Shown: positions 44,068 through 54,955 of the stretch, in pieces
How positions within the stretch are numbered: position 1 is the stretch's first letter
Layout: each line of letters starts with the position of its first letter
Source: Pachysolen tannophilus NRRL Y-2460
Taxonomy: Eukaryota
Length of the DNA stretch: 54,955 nucleotides
Assembly (NCBI GenBank): GCA_001661245.1
Contig: KV454017.1
Location: 305,927 to 360,881, forward strand
Direction: 5' to 3'
Translations under genes and position numbers: made by a program
The notes under the pieces: generated by a model
Seen by the model: only the letters and a program-made list of their open reading frames with translations
The model's database searches: none
What the model was told of the DNA's origin: nothing

Positions 44068-47000
44068 TCATTTATTGGTACTGTTAGTACTGCTACTGTT
44101 ATGCTTCAATAACCCTATAGTGATCGAATTGCTCCTGTGAGCCCCCTTTTTATTAATATTATTTTTGTTATGCTTATCCAAGACACCAGAATTTTTTTGT
44201 TTATCTTCTCCTTCATTGTAATGTACAGCTTTTTGGAAAGGAATCATTGCACGATCTTTATTATAGTGGTTTTGAAATAATCTTGGATCGTATTCTAAAA
44301 CATCTTTTCCAAGAACCAAATGAGATGAAACGTCAGATTTTAGTACTTTGGGTAAAGATTTGATTGTAGGTGATACACCGCTTTCCAAAAATTTAATACT
44401 ATTATTGTTTAGCTGAATAGTTTCAACAGATTGACTAGATTGTAATAACGATGACGCTTTAGTTGAAAGTGGACCTTTCTCTTCTAACATAGTTTGTGTA
44501 CCATCTCTGTTGCCATTATTAGTAGTGATGTTCAAGTTTGAATTTGCCCTTGCAATCGACCTCATATTACTGCCGCTTGCACTGGATCCGGAAGACAATT
44601 CTGGTATTTTCTGCTGAAATTCCAAAGGCAAGTCAAAAGATACAGTCGAAGAAGAATTTGTTATTATAAAATTTTTATCGTCCTCATCATCAACATCATT
44701 GTTCAGTTTTGCATGTGCCAAAGACCGGATAGTTGGGATATTTGATTCGTACGACTTGACCCTTTTTGAAATTTGTGGTTTAAAAAGAGGTAAATCTCGT
44801 TTTGGACCAAATGCAAATGTTAATTCTGCATCATCATCCTCCTCTTCTTCATCTTCAATCTCAGCTTCATCCCCAGTAGAACTAAAATTACTATCGGTAT
44901 TTGTTGCACTTATTGGATTTTCTTTTAAGTTTTTCTCATCGCTGGATTCGTCTCCTTCACTATCTTCAAGTTCAAAAAAACTTTTATCAGATTTCGAAGT
45001 GCTCCTATTGCCTTTATCCTTATATTTGCTTACAGTTTCTGAAGAGCTCGATGATGATGATGAGCATGTTGAATAAGAAGAATAGCTAAACTGAGACGAC
45101 CGCCTAACCTCTTGTTTTTTAGCATGATTATTATTGTTATTTTCATCAGCATATATGAAATCGGGTCCATCTGTAATATCTATATCTGCAATCTCATCGT
45201 TATCTGATGTTTTAGCTTTTGGATCAATATCATTTTGATTTTTGGATTCATTGTCTTTAATAGAAGATTTATACTTCAAAGGAACAAAATTTGAAAAATC
45301 AATAACTTCGTGATCATCAAAACTTCCCAAAGAAGCAAAACTTGTATTGGAAGGTATATTAACTTTCAGTTTATTCAACGAGGAAAAAGCTAAAGATGGA
45401 TCACAGCTACCGAGACTACCAATATCCGTACTATTTTGATGACTTTTTATGTTATCCACAATAAAAGAGTTATCATCACTGTTTGAAAGCAGGTCTCCAG
45501 AAGGTGTCAAAGAATCGCTAATACTTTCTCTCATGTCATCGTTCTTCTTAATAATTCCTGTTAATGCATTTGATGCAGAAGTTTGTTTGCTGTCAGTATT
45601 AAATGATCCTTGAGCACTTTTTCTTGTTTCAACTAAACCTGCTGAACCAGATGAAAGATTTCTTGAATGATGACGACCATTTTGATTGTTATTGATAACA
45701 TTACTGTTATTAGCAGCACTCATAGCTGCTGACAAGGAAAGCAAATGATGTCTTTGCTGCTGCTGTTGAAATTCTGCGGAAGGAGAAGCTGCCGTTGATC
45801 TTAAAGATTCAGATAAAATTAAAGTGTTATTACTTGAATCATTACTATTATTGGGAACTATGTTTTTAGCAGTTACTCCAACTCCATCCGCTGTACCAAT
45901 ACTAATGCTGTTTAATTGATGATTTAATGAACGATCAGAATCGCTAGAATTGACAGAATTATTGCTATTACTATAACTGTTGTTACTATTACGGAACCCA
46001 AACTTAAATGCGTTCGCCAATTTTTTCTTTATTTTATTTCCGATACCAATAACAGCATCGTCAACTTCTTCATTAGAAATATCAATTTTAACAACATTCT
46101 CAGTTGTGTATTTCTTTGAATCCTTTCGCGATAATCCTTCCAAGAAAAAGTCCATTTTCTTTATTTGAGGAATATCGATTCTCAAATCTTGATCTTTAAT
46201 TAATAATTTTGACAACAAATCTTTTGCAGATTCGAAATCGTTATCCGAGACTGATTCATAACCTGGCACTGACGATTTTGGAGGAATTTTCAAAGAATCA
46301 TTATTGATGGCTTCAAAAAGGCCAAATTCTGTATCTGAATTGAAGGGTAGTTTCCCAAATAATAAACAAAATAATGTGACACCTAATGCCCAAATATCTA
46401 TCTTATGCGTGATTTTCTTGCTATTTTCTAAAAAATTTGTAAAATTTTCCGTTTGACATAATTCAGGCGCCAAGAAAGCTGGAGTTCCTGCTGTTTTACA
46501 TAACTCTAATTCATTATTGAAATTATTGTCATCCAAAGAAGAAGCAAATGACACTCCAAAATCTGAAATCTTGACAACATCATCTGCAGAAACTAATAAA
46601 TTGGCTGGTTTTATATCACGATGAATTATCCCTTGATAATGTAAATATTCTAAACCTAGTACAACATCTCTAAATATTTTTTTTGCTTCATGAAATTTCA
46701 ATACAGGTTTGAAATCTCCAATGGTTTCATCATATTCTTGCCATCTAATTTCACCTTTCTCTAAATATTCCAAGACTAAATAAATTTTTCTCGATTTAAC
46801 GTCATCTAATACTTCAATTAATTTAACAACATGAGGATGATCACATTTTTTCATAATTGCAATCTCTCTTTTTATCTTATCTTCTTGAGTTGAGCCCGGG
46901 ACCGCTAATTTTCCCAATTTCGGCTTTGTTTTTCTATCAACAATCTTAATAGCAACAAGTCTATCTGATAACATATCTTTTGCCAATTTTACTTTCCCAT

Positions 47001-47967
47001 GTTGGCCCTTACCTAAATTTTTCAAAATTTCATATGTATTTAAAACTTTTCTTCTACTAACTGGATCATATTCAACGTAAACATGATGTGTTTCTTTAAC
47101 TTTTGACACTGTTTGATATGTTGGTATTGAACGAACACTGTCATTGTTATTAAATTCTGGTCTTTCAGAAGATGATGTTGTTGCTCGTAATGAAGTGTTA
47201 TTGTCTACTCTTGGTGATCTTTCTCGTTTTAACGAAAGCATGTAATCACCACTGCCCAGCAGTGGAGAAACAATGGAATTATTCCTTGATTGAGGGAGAG
47301 ATGAGTTATTAGCAAAACCCTGTCGCAAATGATGACCAGCACCATTACCGATATTACCGCTATAAGGGCCGTAAGGGCCATTTGGTCCATAAGAACCATG
47401 AGAGTTATACGGTCCAGAAGAACCATACTGTCCATAAGAACCATTAGCGCCATTAATACTTCTACTTCTGTCACTTCCATTTGTATGTCCCAGACTCAAC
47501 GAAGTAGAAGTATTTGTATTTGTTATATTGTTATCATATTCATCATCATTATCATCATCGTTATCATCATTATTATCGTCATCGTTAATATCCATCATCC
47601 CTGTGCCTGATTCACTCGATCCACCGGACTTTGCACCAAATCCCCTTACACTCAGTTCATCAATTGTACTGGGTGTGCTAGGAGCTTGTTCTTGTATGCT
47701 TCCCAATTGCAGATGTACATTTATAATATTAGGACTGTTTTTACCTAGTACTAACGAAGCGGGACTCGAAACAGCACTCGGCCCAACACTATTCCGTGAA
47801 CTCGATTCAGATAATAAAGAACTTGGTCTTCTCAAAAACTTCGGGCTCTCATCATAATCATAATCATTATTAGTAGAAGAAGCTACCACCGTATCTTCCG
47901 ACGAACCTACATCTTTTGATATTATTGAATTAAAATTCGAATCCTCCATATCCTTCCTTCCTTCCAT
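44068..47967 (-). CDS. SAK1: Snf1-activating kinase (Sak1/Tos3 family)
   Basis: KVKETHHVYVEYDPVSRRKVLNTYEI, LGKGQHGKVKL, KIKREIAIMKKC, KISDFGVS, TAGTPAFLAPELC. Confidence 0.88.
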   Translation of the reverse strand: MEGRKDMEDSNFNSIISKDVGSSEDTVVASSTNNDYDYDESPKFLRRPSSLLSESSSRNSVGPSAVSSPASLVLGKNSPNIINVHLQLGSIQEQAPSTPSTIDELSVRGFGAKSGGSSESGTGMMDINDDDNNDDNDDDNDDEYDNNITNTNTSTSLSLGHTNGSDRSRSINGANGSYGQYGSSGPYNSHGSYGPNGPYGPYSGNIGNGAGHHLRQGFANNSSLPQSRNNSIVSPLLGSGDYMLSLKRERSPRVDNNTSLRATTSSSERPEFNNNDSVRSIPTYQTVSKVKETHHVYVEYDPVSRRKVLNTYEILKNLGKGQHGKVKLAKDMLSDRLVAIKIVDRKTKPKLGKLAVPGSTQEDKIKREIAIMKKCDHPHVVKLIEVLDDVKSRKIYLVLEYLEKGEIRWQEYDETIGDFKPVLKFHEAKKIFRDVVLGLEYLHYQGIIHRDIKPANLLVSADDVVKISDFGVSFASSLDDNNFNNELELCKTAGTPAFLAPELCQTENFTNFLENSKKITHKIDIWALGVTLFCLLFGKLPFNSDTEFGLFEAINNDSLKIPPKSSVPGYESVSDNDFESAKDLLSKLLIKDQDLRIDIPQIKKMDFFLEGLSRKDSKKYTTENVVKIDISNEEVDDAVIGIGNKIKKKLANAFKFGFRNSNNSYSNSNNSVNSSDSDRSLNHQLNSISIGTADGVGVTAKNIVPNNSNDSSNNTLILSESLRSTAASPSAEFQQQQQRHHLLSLSAAMSAANNSNVINNNQNGRHHSRNLSSGSAGLVETRKSAQGSFNTDSKQTSASNALTGIIKKNDDMRESISDSLTPSGDLLSNSDDNSFIVDNIKSHQNSTDIGSLGSCDPSLAFSSLNKLKVNIPSNTSFASLGSFDDHEVIDFSNFVPLKYKSSIKDNESKNQNDIDPKAKTSDNDEIADIDITDGPDFIYADENNNNNHAKKQEVRRSSQFSYSSYSTCSSSSSSSSETVSKYKDKGNRSTSKSDKSFFELEDSEGDESSDEKNLKENPISATNTDSNFSSTGDEAEIEDEEEEDDDAELTFAFGPKRDLPLFKPQISKRVKSYESNIPTIRSLAHAKLNNDVDDEDDKNFIITNSSSTVSFDLPLEFQQKIPELSSGSSASGSNMRSIARANSNLNITTNNGNRDGTQTMLEEKGPLSTKASSLLQSSQSVETIQLNNNSIKFLESGVSPTIKSLPKVLKSDVSSHLVLGKDVLEYDPRLFQNHYNKDRAMIPFQKAVHYNEGEDKQKNSGVLDKHNKNNINKKGAHRSNSITIGLLKHNSSSTNSTNK

Positions 47968-48432
47968 ATTTATAAGTGAAACCGTTCCTTCAAAATTTTT
48001 GATAATTTCTTGAATCTCTTTCTATGAGTAAAATAGTAATATTTCAAATCAATAAATAAACTAAAAAAAAAAATGTTAAGAAAAAAAAAAAAAAAAAAAA
48101 CACACAAACAAACAGAAAAAAAAAAAAAAAAGTTTTTGAAACTTAGTTTCAACGAAATCAACCCTTCGATTTTAATATCTATTGATCGATATACCTGATT
48201 CTATGACTTATTAAATTATTATACTTTATTTAATTATGGCTCATCAATAAAGTATTATACTACTCATCAAATGGTTTATTTAATACGTGTTGTTACATCA
48301 GAAGACAAGTTTCAGAATTAGACTCTACGCGCACGACCGCAATTTTTCACCTTTTCTCGATGTCTGCGATGAAGGTTTTGTTTGGGAGATATACAACGAA
48401 TGGGTTGAAATGTGATTTATTTTTGGGTCTAT

Positions 48433-50691
48433 TTATTCTATTTGGTCCTTATAGTTGGTTCTATTGTTGCCAGTGTCTCTTGAGACGACTCTTTTTCTTG
48501 TTGTGTTTGCTGTGTTTCTTCGTGTTGGTGGTTCCTGTTCTGTGTCGTCTTTATCGATATTTTCAAATAGTTGTTCCATGTATTGTCTATGCTCTTGTAA
48601 TTCTGGGTAATCGTAATAATCCTCATCATCGGCTTTCTTTGCTGAAGATTGAGCACTGGCCTGATTGTTTTCATCCGATTCATTTTCTTGTAGATCTGGA
48701 TTCATGACTCTGAGCTTGGATCTTCTCTTGGAAGAAACCAATATTTGTACGTCTATATCTTCTATTTCATCATCATCTTCAATTTCGTCATTCACTTCTC
48801 GTGGTTGTGAATGAGTCAAGTCGGTGAATCTATCATGTAAATGGGTTGGTTCTGGTTCAAAATATGTACTTGTTGTCAATACGGATCTCGAATCATTTAT
48901 CATTTCTTTTCGATTACCATCCACTATACTTCCATTCTCATATATCAAGTGTAACGTTGACCTTGATTTTTCAGAAAGACAACTGAAACGCTCATTACCA
49001 TTACTCGATGTAGTGTCTTCTTCTCTAATAGAAAAAGGGGTTGACATAAAAGTTGAATTTCTTCTAATGGAATTTTGAATTGTAGAAAAAGTTGATGAAA
49101 GACTTCTCCTAATGAAACTAGGTGTATGCGGCTGTTGTGGTGTGGCTGGCGCACTAGATGTGTCAATTCTCATGCTTGTTCGCACTTGGTTACTCAGAGT
49201 TCTTGAAGCGGCAGAAGCAGAAGGAGCAGCAGCAGCAGCAGTTGCTGCTGTTGTGGTTGTTGGTAAATTAGGTAATTCTGCAAGTGGTCTTTTCTTCTTT
49301 TGCATATGCAGGATGTTATTTTCATATTCCTCTCTCTTGCGGCTCCAGGACTCTATTGATAAATTATCACTTTCTCCTAAACTATTAAATTTATTATGCC
49401 TTCCGATCCCCAGTGCTCCTCCTCCTCCTCGACCATGAGAACTCATTGATGGCTTCTGAGATAAAGTGTTATAAAATTCCATAATATCAAAATTGTCAGC
49501 ATCGCTTGAAATATGTTTTTTCTTTTTATATACAAAGATATAATAACATATACCTGCACTAATGAGTAATATTGGAACAATAGTCAAAACTGTTGATAAT
49601 GTGATTACTAAAGTCTTGTGTGAATTTTTTTGCTTATAATCAACAGAAGATATAGATTCCATATCCAGTGACACATCAAATAAGTTTATTTTATAATTGC
49701 TATCAGATCTTTTTTTCTTTGTAGAAGATGAATCTGAACTTGAATTTGTTATAGTAATCAAAGTATCATAAATTATACATGACCCTAAAATTTCACTCAA
49801 GTTTAAATTTGAAGGGACATAACTATCCATTGATTCCCAATTCCAACTACTACTAGTACTGGACATATTTAATTTCACAAAATTTGGTGTCGCTAATTCA
49901 TCAATTACTTCACCTCCAACCATCATCACACTATTAATTGCAAAACTAGATTCCTGTGAATTTTCTACTAAATAATTCAGATCTTTTGTATTAAAAATTG
50001 GTAATAATGATGAAAATCTTCTGGAATTTATTGTAGTATTAGAAGCTGTCATTGTTTTAAAAGACCAAGTTTCATATTGCCATAAAGCTAATTGTTCTAA
50101 ACTTACCCATCCATAAGTCGATTGGCCTCCAACAATAATTTGAGTTTCATAATTGACTAATAAATTTGAAGCTCCATAAAAATTTGTTGGGGTTACAGAG
50201 GTTGAAAAATTTTGGAAAGTTAAAGTAGTAACATCAAACAGTAACAATCTACTTGTGATATCCGAACTATTTGATGGTGAAATTCCACCGTAGATGAATA
50301 TAATATCATCATCATCCAATGTTGTAAGGTAATTCGAATACTGATAAAATGGAACGGACTCATTAGATAAACTTAAAGAATACCATATATCTTCATCTGA
50401 ATCGTATTTTTGTAAACCTATATCTTCTTTTTCAGTTTCATAAAACGCATAGAGTTGATTATTTGCAATAACTAATGAACCATTTGAAGGTGGCGAGGCC
50501 AAAATATCAGTCACTTGTGAATCATTTGTAAATTTATCGTTAAAACTCAAAGACACGAAATCGTTATTTGATAGTCGAATATAAACAGTTGTATTTTCAT
50601 ATGAATAAAGGGCTTGCTGTACTATTGTATCTTGTGCCTGAACCCAACTTACTGAAAGCAGAATAAACGATACTAGCACCGATGTTCTCAT
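48433..50691 (-). CDS. Type I membrane protein with Kelch-like extracellular region and Ser/Thr-rich cytosolic tail
   Basis: Signal peptide, repeated hydrophobic-GG motifs (IFIYGG, IIVGG, MMVGG), one TM followed by KKKK, tail motif LRVMNPD. Confidence 0.7.
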   Translation of the reverse strand: MRTSVLVSFILLSVSWVQAQDTIVQQALYSYENTTVYIRLSNNDFVSLSFNDKFTNDSQVTDILASPPSNGSLVIANNQLYAFYETEKEDIGLQKYDSDEDIWYSLSLSNESVPFYQYSNYLTTLDDDDIIFIYGGISPSNSSDITSRLLLFDVTTLTFQNFSTSVTPTNFYGASNLLVNYETQIIVGGQSTYGWVSLEQLALWQYETWSFKTMTASNTTINSRRFSSLLPIFNTKDLNYLVENSQESSFAINSVMMVGGEVIDELATPNFVKLNMSSTSSSWNWESMDSYVPSNLNLSEILGSCIIYDTLITITNSSSDSSSTKKKRSDSNYKINLFDVSLDMESISSVDYKQKNSHKTLVITLSTVLTIVPILLISAGICYYIFVYKKKKHISSDADNFDIMEFYNTLSQKPSMSSHGRGGGGALGIGRHNKFNSLGESDNLSIESWSRKREEYENNILHMQKKKRPLAELPNLPTTTTAATAAAAAPSASAASRTLSNQVRTSMRIDTSSAPATPQQPHTPSFIRRSLSSTFSTIQNSIRRNSTFMSTPFSIREEDTTSSNGNERFSCLSEKSRSTLHLIYENGSIVDGNRKEMINDSRSVLTTSTYFEPEPTHLHDRFTDLTHSQPREVNDEIEDDDEIEDIDVQILVSSKRRSKLRVMNPDLQENESDENNQASAQSSAKKADDEDYYDYPELQEHRQYMEQLFENIDKDDTEQEPPTRRNTANTTRKRVVSRDTGNNRTNYKDQIE

Positions 50692-51137
50692 AACAGCTCA
50701 CAATAAATAAATATCAACGATACGGTATTTCGATTTAAGTTGAGTTAAAAACTGGAATAAATATATAGTTTTTTTTTTTATTTTATTTTAGTGATACTTT
50801 AAACGAATGTACAAATGTATCCTTTTCTTCTTCTTACTATTATTATTATTATTATTTACTTCACTTATATTACATCAAGATGAGATATTATAGAATTCAG
50901 TTTAGCAGTTTCTAAAAACTGCTCTAAAACTAAAAAAAAAGAAGAAAAAAATAGTCAAGATATTATTTTGGTTTGGTTCATTTTGGTTAAATTTTAATTG
51001 TTTACAATTTACCGCATTAGTCAAAAACAACAATTTTTGGGACATAATGATTTTAATACTCTTAAGTTCTATTAATTTTATGAATTTTATACAGGGATAA
51101 AAGATAAATAAGGACGAGAATAGAATATAAGAAACAT

Positions 51138-52368
51138 TCAGGCAACGACTGAGCGAGCAAATTCTCTTGATTTTTGTATCAAGACAGCATCTGCCAATAC
51201 CAAAGCTGCCATAGATTCTACAATTGGTACAGCTCTAGGAACAACACTTGGATCATGTCTACCTCTAGCAGCTAATATACCTTCTTCACCATCATAAGAG
51301 GAGGTAGTTTGGTCTTGAGAAATGGTTGCTGCAGGCTTGAATGCCACAGAAAAATAAATATTTTCACCATTACTGATACCACCTTGAATACCACCAGAAT
51401 TATTTGTCTTTGTTCTAAGTTTACCTGTTGTTGGATCAAGATAAAATGGATCATTATGTTTTGAACCTGGTATAGTAGTACCAATAAAACCTGATCCAAT
51501 TTCAAAACCTTTTGTTGCTGGGATTGAGAGCATAGCATGTGCCAACATTGCTTCCAACTTATCAAAAGCAGGTTCACCTAAACCAATTGGCAAATTTCTT
51601 ATTACACATGTAACAACCCCACCAATGGAATCTTTTAAATCTCTATAGTGTTCAATAATCTTTGTCAATTTATCCTGGATTTCAAGATCAGGACAACGGA
51701 TTGGACCAACTTCATCAACTTGTTCTCTTGTCACAGTATTTAATAATTTTAAGAAACTTTCAGATCTTGGATCTCTATCAATAGAGACTTCACCTACTGC
51801 TGAAACAAAAGCAACAATTTCAACATTATTAACTTTTTTCAAAAATTTCTCTGCAATACCACCAGCTGCAACTCTTCCAATAGTTTCTCTTGCAGATGAT
51901 CTTCCACCACCTGATGAAGCTTTAATACCATATTTTTGCAAATAAGTAAAATCAGCATGAGAAGGTCTTGGATAAATGTCTGTTTCCGAATAATCATGAG
52001 GTCTTTGATCTTGATTACGAACTAACATTCCAATAGGTGTACCTAAAGTCTTACCATTTTCAGTACCACTATGGATTTCAACTTTATCCTTCTCATCTCT
52101 TGGTGTTGATAATTTGGATTGACCCGGTCTTCTCCTTGATAACTGAGGTTGAATATCAGCCTCAGTTAAGTCCATTCCAGGAGGAATACCATCAACGATA
52201 CAACCGACCGATTTACAATGAGATTCTCCATAAGTAGTTACACCTGCAAGAAAAAAAAAAAAAATAAAAATTTTTTTTTTAACTGTTAATATACATCCAC
52301 AAAAAAAATCCAACTATTTATTTCTTCATTATTTCTTACTTACGGAAAAGATGACCAAAAGTTGACAT
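51138..52368 (-). CDS. ARO2: Chorismate synthase; 2 exons (52368-52344, 52243-51138)
   Basis: Splicing 52343-52244 (GTAAGT, TATTAAC, CAG) gives [17 protein letters not shown]. Also [22 protein letters not shown]. Confidence 0.96.
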
Positions 52369-52655
52369 CGTCAAATATAAATATTACTATTGATTACTTA
52401 GTTATTTATTTGATAAACAAATAAAAAAATGAATAATACTTCTTTTCTTCGATGAGTACATGTTCTGATGATTCATCGTCACATCATTTTTTATGATTTT
52501 TGTGAGATTTAAAACTGTTTTTGATATTTTCACACACGACCGGTTTTCTTCCCCAAAAAAAGAAAAATGGGTCATAAAGTGAACCAAAAAAAAAACAGAA
52601 AGAAGAAGAAAATGGAACAGTTATTGGATATACCAAACTATAAATTAATTCAGTA

Positions 52656-53474
52656 ATGATGATGATGATGATTTCAATTGGTGATCCGATAGTGGTGACA
52701 GCTATAGTGGGGTTAATTGTTGTGTTGGTTTTAGCTGGGGTTTTCCATAAGGAATTTTTATTTGGATTTTTCAAAAATGATCAAAAAACATTTTTAATAT
52801 GTGGTCCAAATAACAGTGGTAAGACAAGTTTATTTTATTTGTTGGCTACAGGTAAAGTTCCTTCATATCCACCTCAGATGTCTCAGGTACCGAATTTTAA
52901 AGAAAATTATCAATTACCATCTAGTGCGAAGGTATCTATAGGAGAGAATTTCAAATTAATTGATTATCCAGGTCATCCAAAGTTATTAAATCTTTATTTA
53001 TATAAAGATTTAAAAAATAAAAAATTTCTTAAAAATTGTAAAGGAATAATATTTGTTTTAGATTCTTCATCAATTAATGAATTTGAAATTGGTAAGATGT
53101 TATATGAGATTTTATCTAAAACAGAATTTTTACCAAATGGAGTAGATATATTAGTTGCTTGTAATAAATCAGATTTATTTCAAAGTAAGCCAGTATTTAA
53201 AATTAAAGAGATTTTGGAACTGGAAATGAATAAGATAAGGATTAATAATAGTAAGAATATCAATAAGATTGATTCAAGTGAGGGTGACATTGTAGATGGA
53301 GGTGAAGAAGATTTTTTAACTATTAGTAGTGGTAGTGGCAGTGGCAGTGGTAGCAAAAGTTCAAAATTTACATTTGATCAATTAGAAGGAAATTTTGATT
53401 TCTTGGATGGGAGTGTTAATAAGCAAAAAATTGACAAATGGGAATGTTGGATGGTAGAAAGGGCAGTCAACTAA
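52656..53474 (+). CDS. SRP102: Signal recognition particle receptor beta subunit
   Basis: N-terminal TM, GPNNSGKTSLF, LIDYPGHPKL, DILVACNKSD. Exact start among tandem ATGs is uncertain. Confidence 0.88.
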   Translation: MMMMMISIGDPIVVTAIVGLIVVLVLAGVFHKEFLFGFFKNDQKTFLICGPNNSGKTSLFYLLATGKVPSYPPQMSQVPNFKENYQLPSSAKVSIGENFKLIDYPGHPKLLNLYLYKDLKNKKFLKNCKGIIFVLDSSSINEFEIGKMLYEILSKTEFLPNGVDILVACNKSDLFQSKPVFKIKEILELEMNKIRINNSKNINKIDSSEGDIVDGGEEDFLTISSGSGSGSGSKSSKFTFDQLEGNFDFLDGSVNKQKIDKWECWMVERAVN

Positions 53475-53480
53475 TTAAAA

Positions 53481-54221
53481 CTATATATCATTTTCATCAT
53501 CATTATTTTTCAATATTAAAACTTGTTCTCCAGGTTTAGGTAAATCTTTAACACTTGGGAAAAATGAAGGATCTTGTAATTTTTTTGCATGTTCTTTTTT
53601 TTTCAAAATTTCATTATATTTTTTCAATCTTAATTGATAATAATTCATATCTAATTGAAATTTTTTATATTTTATCTCCAATTTTTGTAATTCTAAAGTC
53701 TTTAATTCAATTTCTTTCTTTATAGAATTTAATTTTTCTTTATTATCAAGTGTAGGTTTAGATTTATCTTTATCTTTAACTTCAGTATCTCCATCAGTAT
53801 TACCATCACCATCAGGTTCAGGTTTAAGATTTTTCCCCTTTTCTTTCTTGTTAAAATATCCAACAATTTTATTAATACCAATACCATTTTCATCATTAAC
53901 TAATTTTTCTAATTTTATACATTTTTCAGATAATTTCAATTTTTCAAGTTTTAAATTTTCAATTTTTAATTCAATTTCTTTATTTTCTTCTAAATTATCA
54001 ATATCATCACTTAAAAATCTTGAAGAACAAAAATTTTTATCTAATAAATGTGATTCACATATATAGAAAAAATCTAATTCTGAATAATTTAAAGATTTTA
54101 AAGTTACCAATACCGAAACAGTAGGTTTATAACATATAAAGCATGATTTAGCATCTGATTGAGCAAGTTTCCGAAGTTTATATATATTTGGGAAAGGAAC
54201 ACTTTTCTTCTGAGACAACAT
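53481..54221 (-). CDS. VFA1: Vps4-associated protein Vfa1-like
   Basis: PFPNIYKLRK...KSCFICYKPTVSVL...DFFYICESHLLD and C-terminal FFPSV. Confidence 0.75.
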   Translation of the reverse strand: MLSQKKSVPFPNIYKLRKLAQSDAKSCFICYKPTVSVLVTLKSLNYSELDFFYICESHLLDKNFCSSRFLSDDIDNLEENKEIELKIENLKLEKLKLSEKCIKLEKLVNDENGIGINKIVGYFNKKEKGKNLKPEPDGDGNTDGDTEVKDKDKSKPTLDNKEKLNSIKKEIELKTLELQKLEIKYKKFQLDMNYYQLRLKKYNEILKKKEHAKKLQDPSFFPSVKDLPKPGEQVLILKNNDDENDI

Positions 54222-54955
54222 ATTATAAAAAAAGAAAAAAGATAAAATCTATACCAAATAACAAACTATCTGATTAAAATTAGTTATTTAATCTCAAATC
54301 CAATTTATAACTAGTTGTACAACTAGTAATACAAACTAGTAATAAATTGATTGTTTTTAATTTTTTTAAACTTGATTTACCCTACCTTCCCTGAAACATT
54401 CCGTCTTCCGCCACTTTAATAAATCAATTATAGATGATGATGATGATGATAATATAAAAAAGATATCATATCGTATACAAACTTACAACAAAGGAAAGAA
54501 TTAGCTATTTATGAAAAATAAATGCTAGGATCTAGCAATTTAATAAAAAAAAAGAAAAAAAATATAATCTATTTAAAATTCTAATTTAATTAATTCTTCT
54601 TTATATCTTTTTATCTTTAGTAAAAAAAATTTAAATTTTTTCTACTTTCTTTTTCGGAGTGAAAGGAAAAGAAAGAAAGAAAGAGAGAAAAAAAATAAAA
54701 AGAATATAATAATATTATTATTTTAATTTAATTAAATTTAAATATCTAATTATTTATTAAACTCATATCAATCAATCAATTCAATTTAAAAAATTTCTTG
54801 TTTGTTTGATAATATTCTTTATTGGTAATATATTTATATATAAATAAATATATATATATATATTAATATATTATTCAATTCATCATCAATACTGATTTTT
54901 GCCCCTATTTGTTAGGTGTTTTTTTTTTTATTTTTTTTTTTTTAAATTTTTTTTT

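Overview
An AT-rich, gene-dense chromosomal segment from a budding yeast (Saccharomycotina) with about 26 protein genes, at least six short spliceosomal introns, one Pol III-type C/D snoRNA (snR52) and a ~0.9 kb N gap. Main observations: (1) in-frame CTG codons fall at positions where alanine is expected (Atg1 activation loop, an internal LAL/LAL/IAL repeat, an elongase motif), so the genome appears to read CUG as Ala and the supplied translations are wrong at CTG. (2) MIC19 is broken into two halves on opposite strands; inverting ~914 bp restores one clean gene. (3) An MFS permease, a fructosyl-amino-acid/saccharopine-type flavo-oxidase and a 5-oxoprolinase form a three-gene cluster whose promoters share a dyad motif. 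(4) An unannotated, extensively base-paired non-coding stretch lies inside the inverted segment. Homopolymer indels in TEF1 and NOP53 show that the assembly has errors. All homology calls are from recalled motifs, not database searches.
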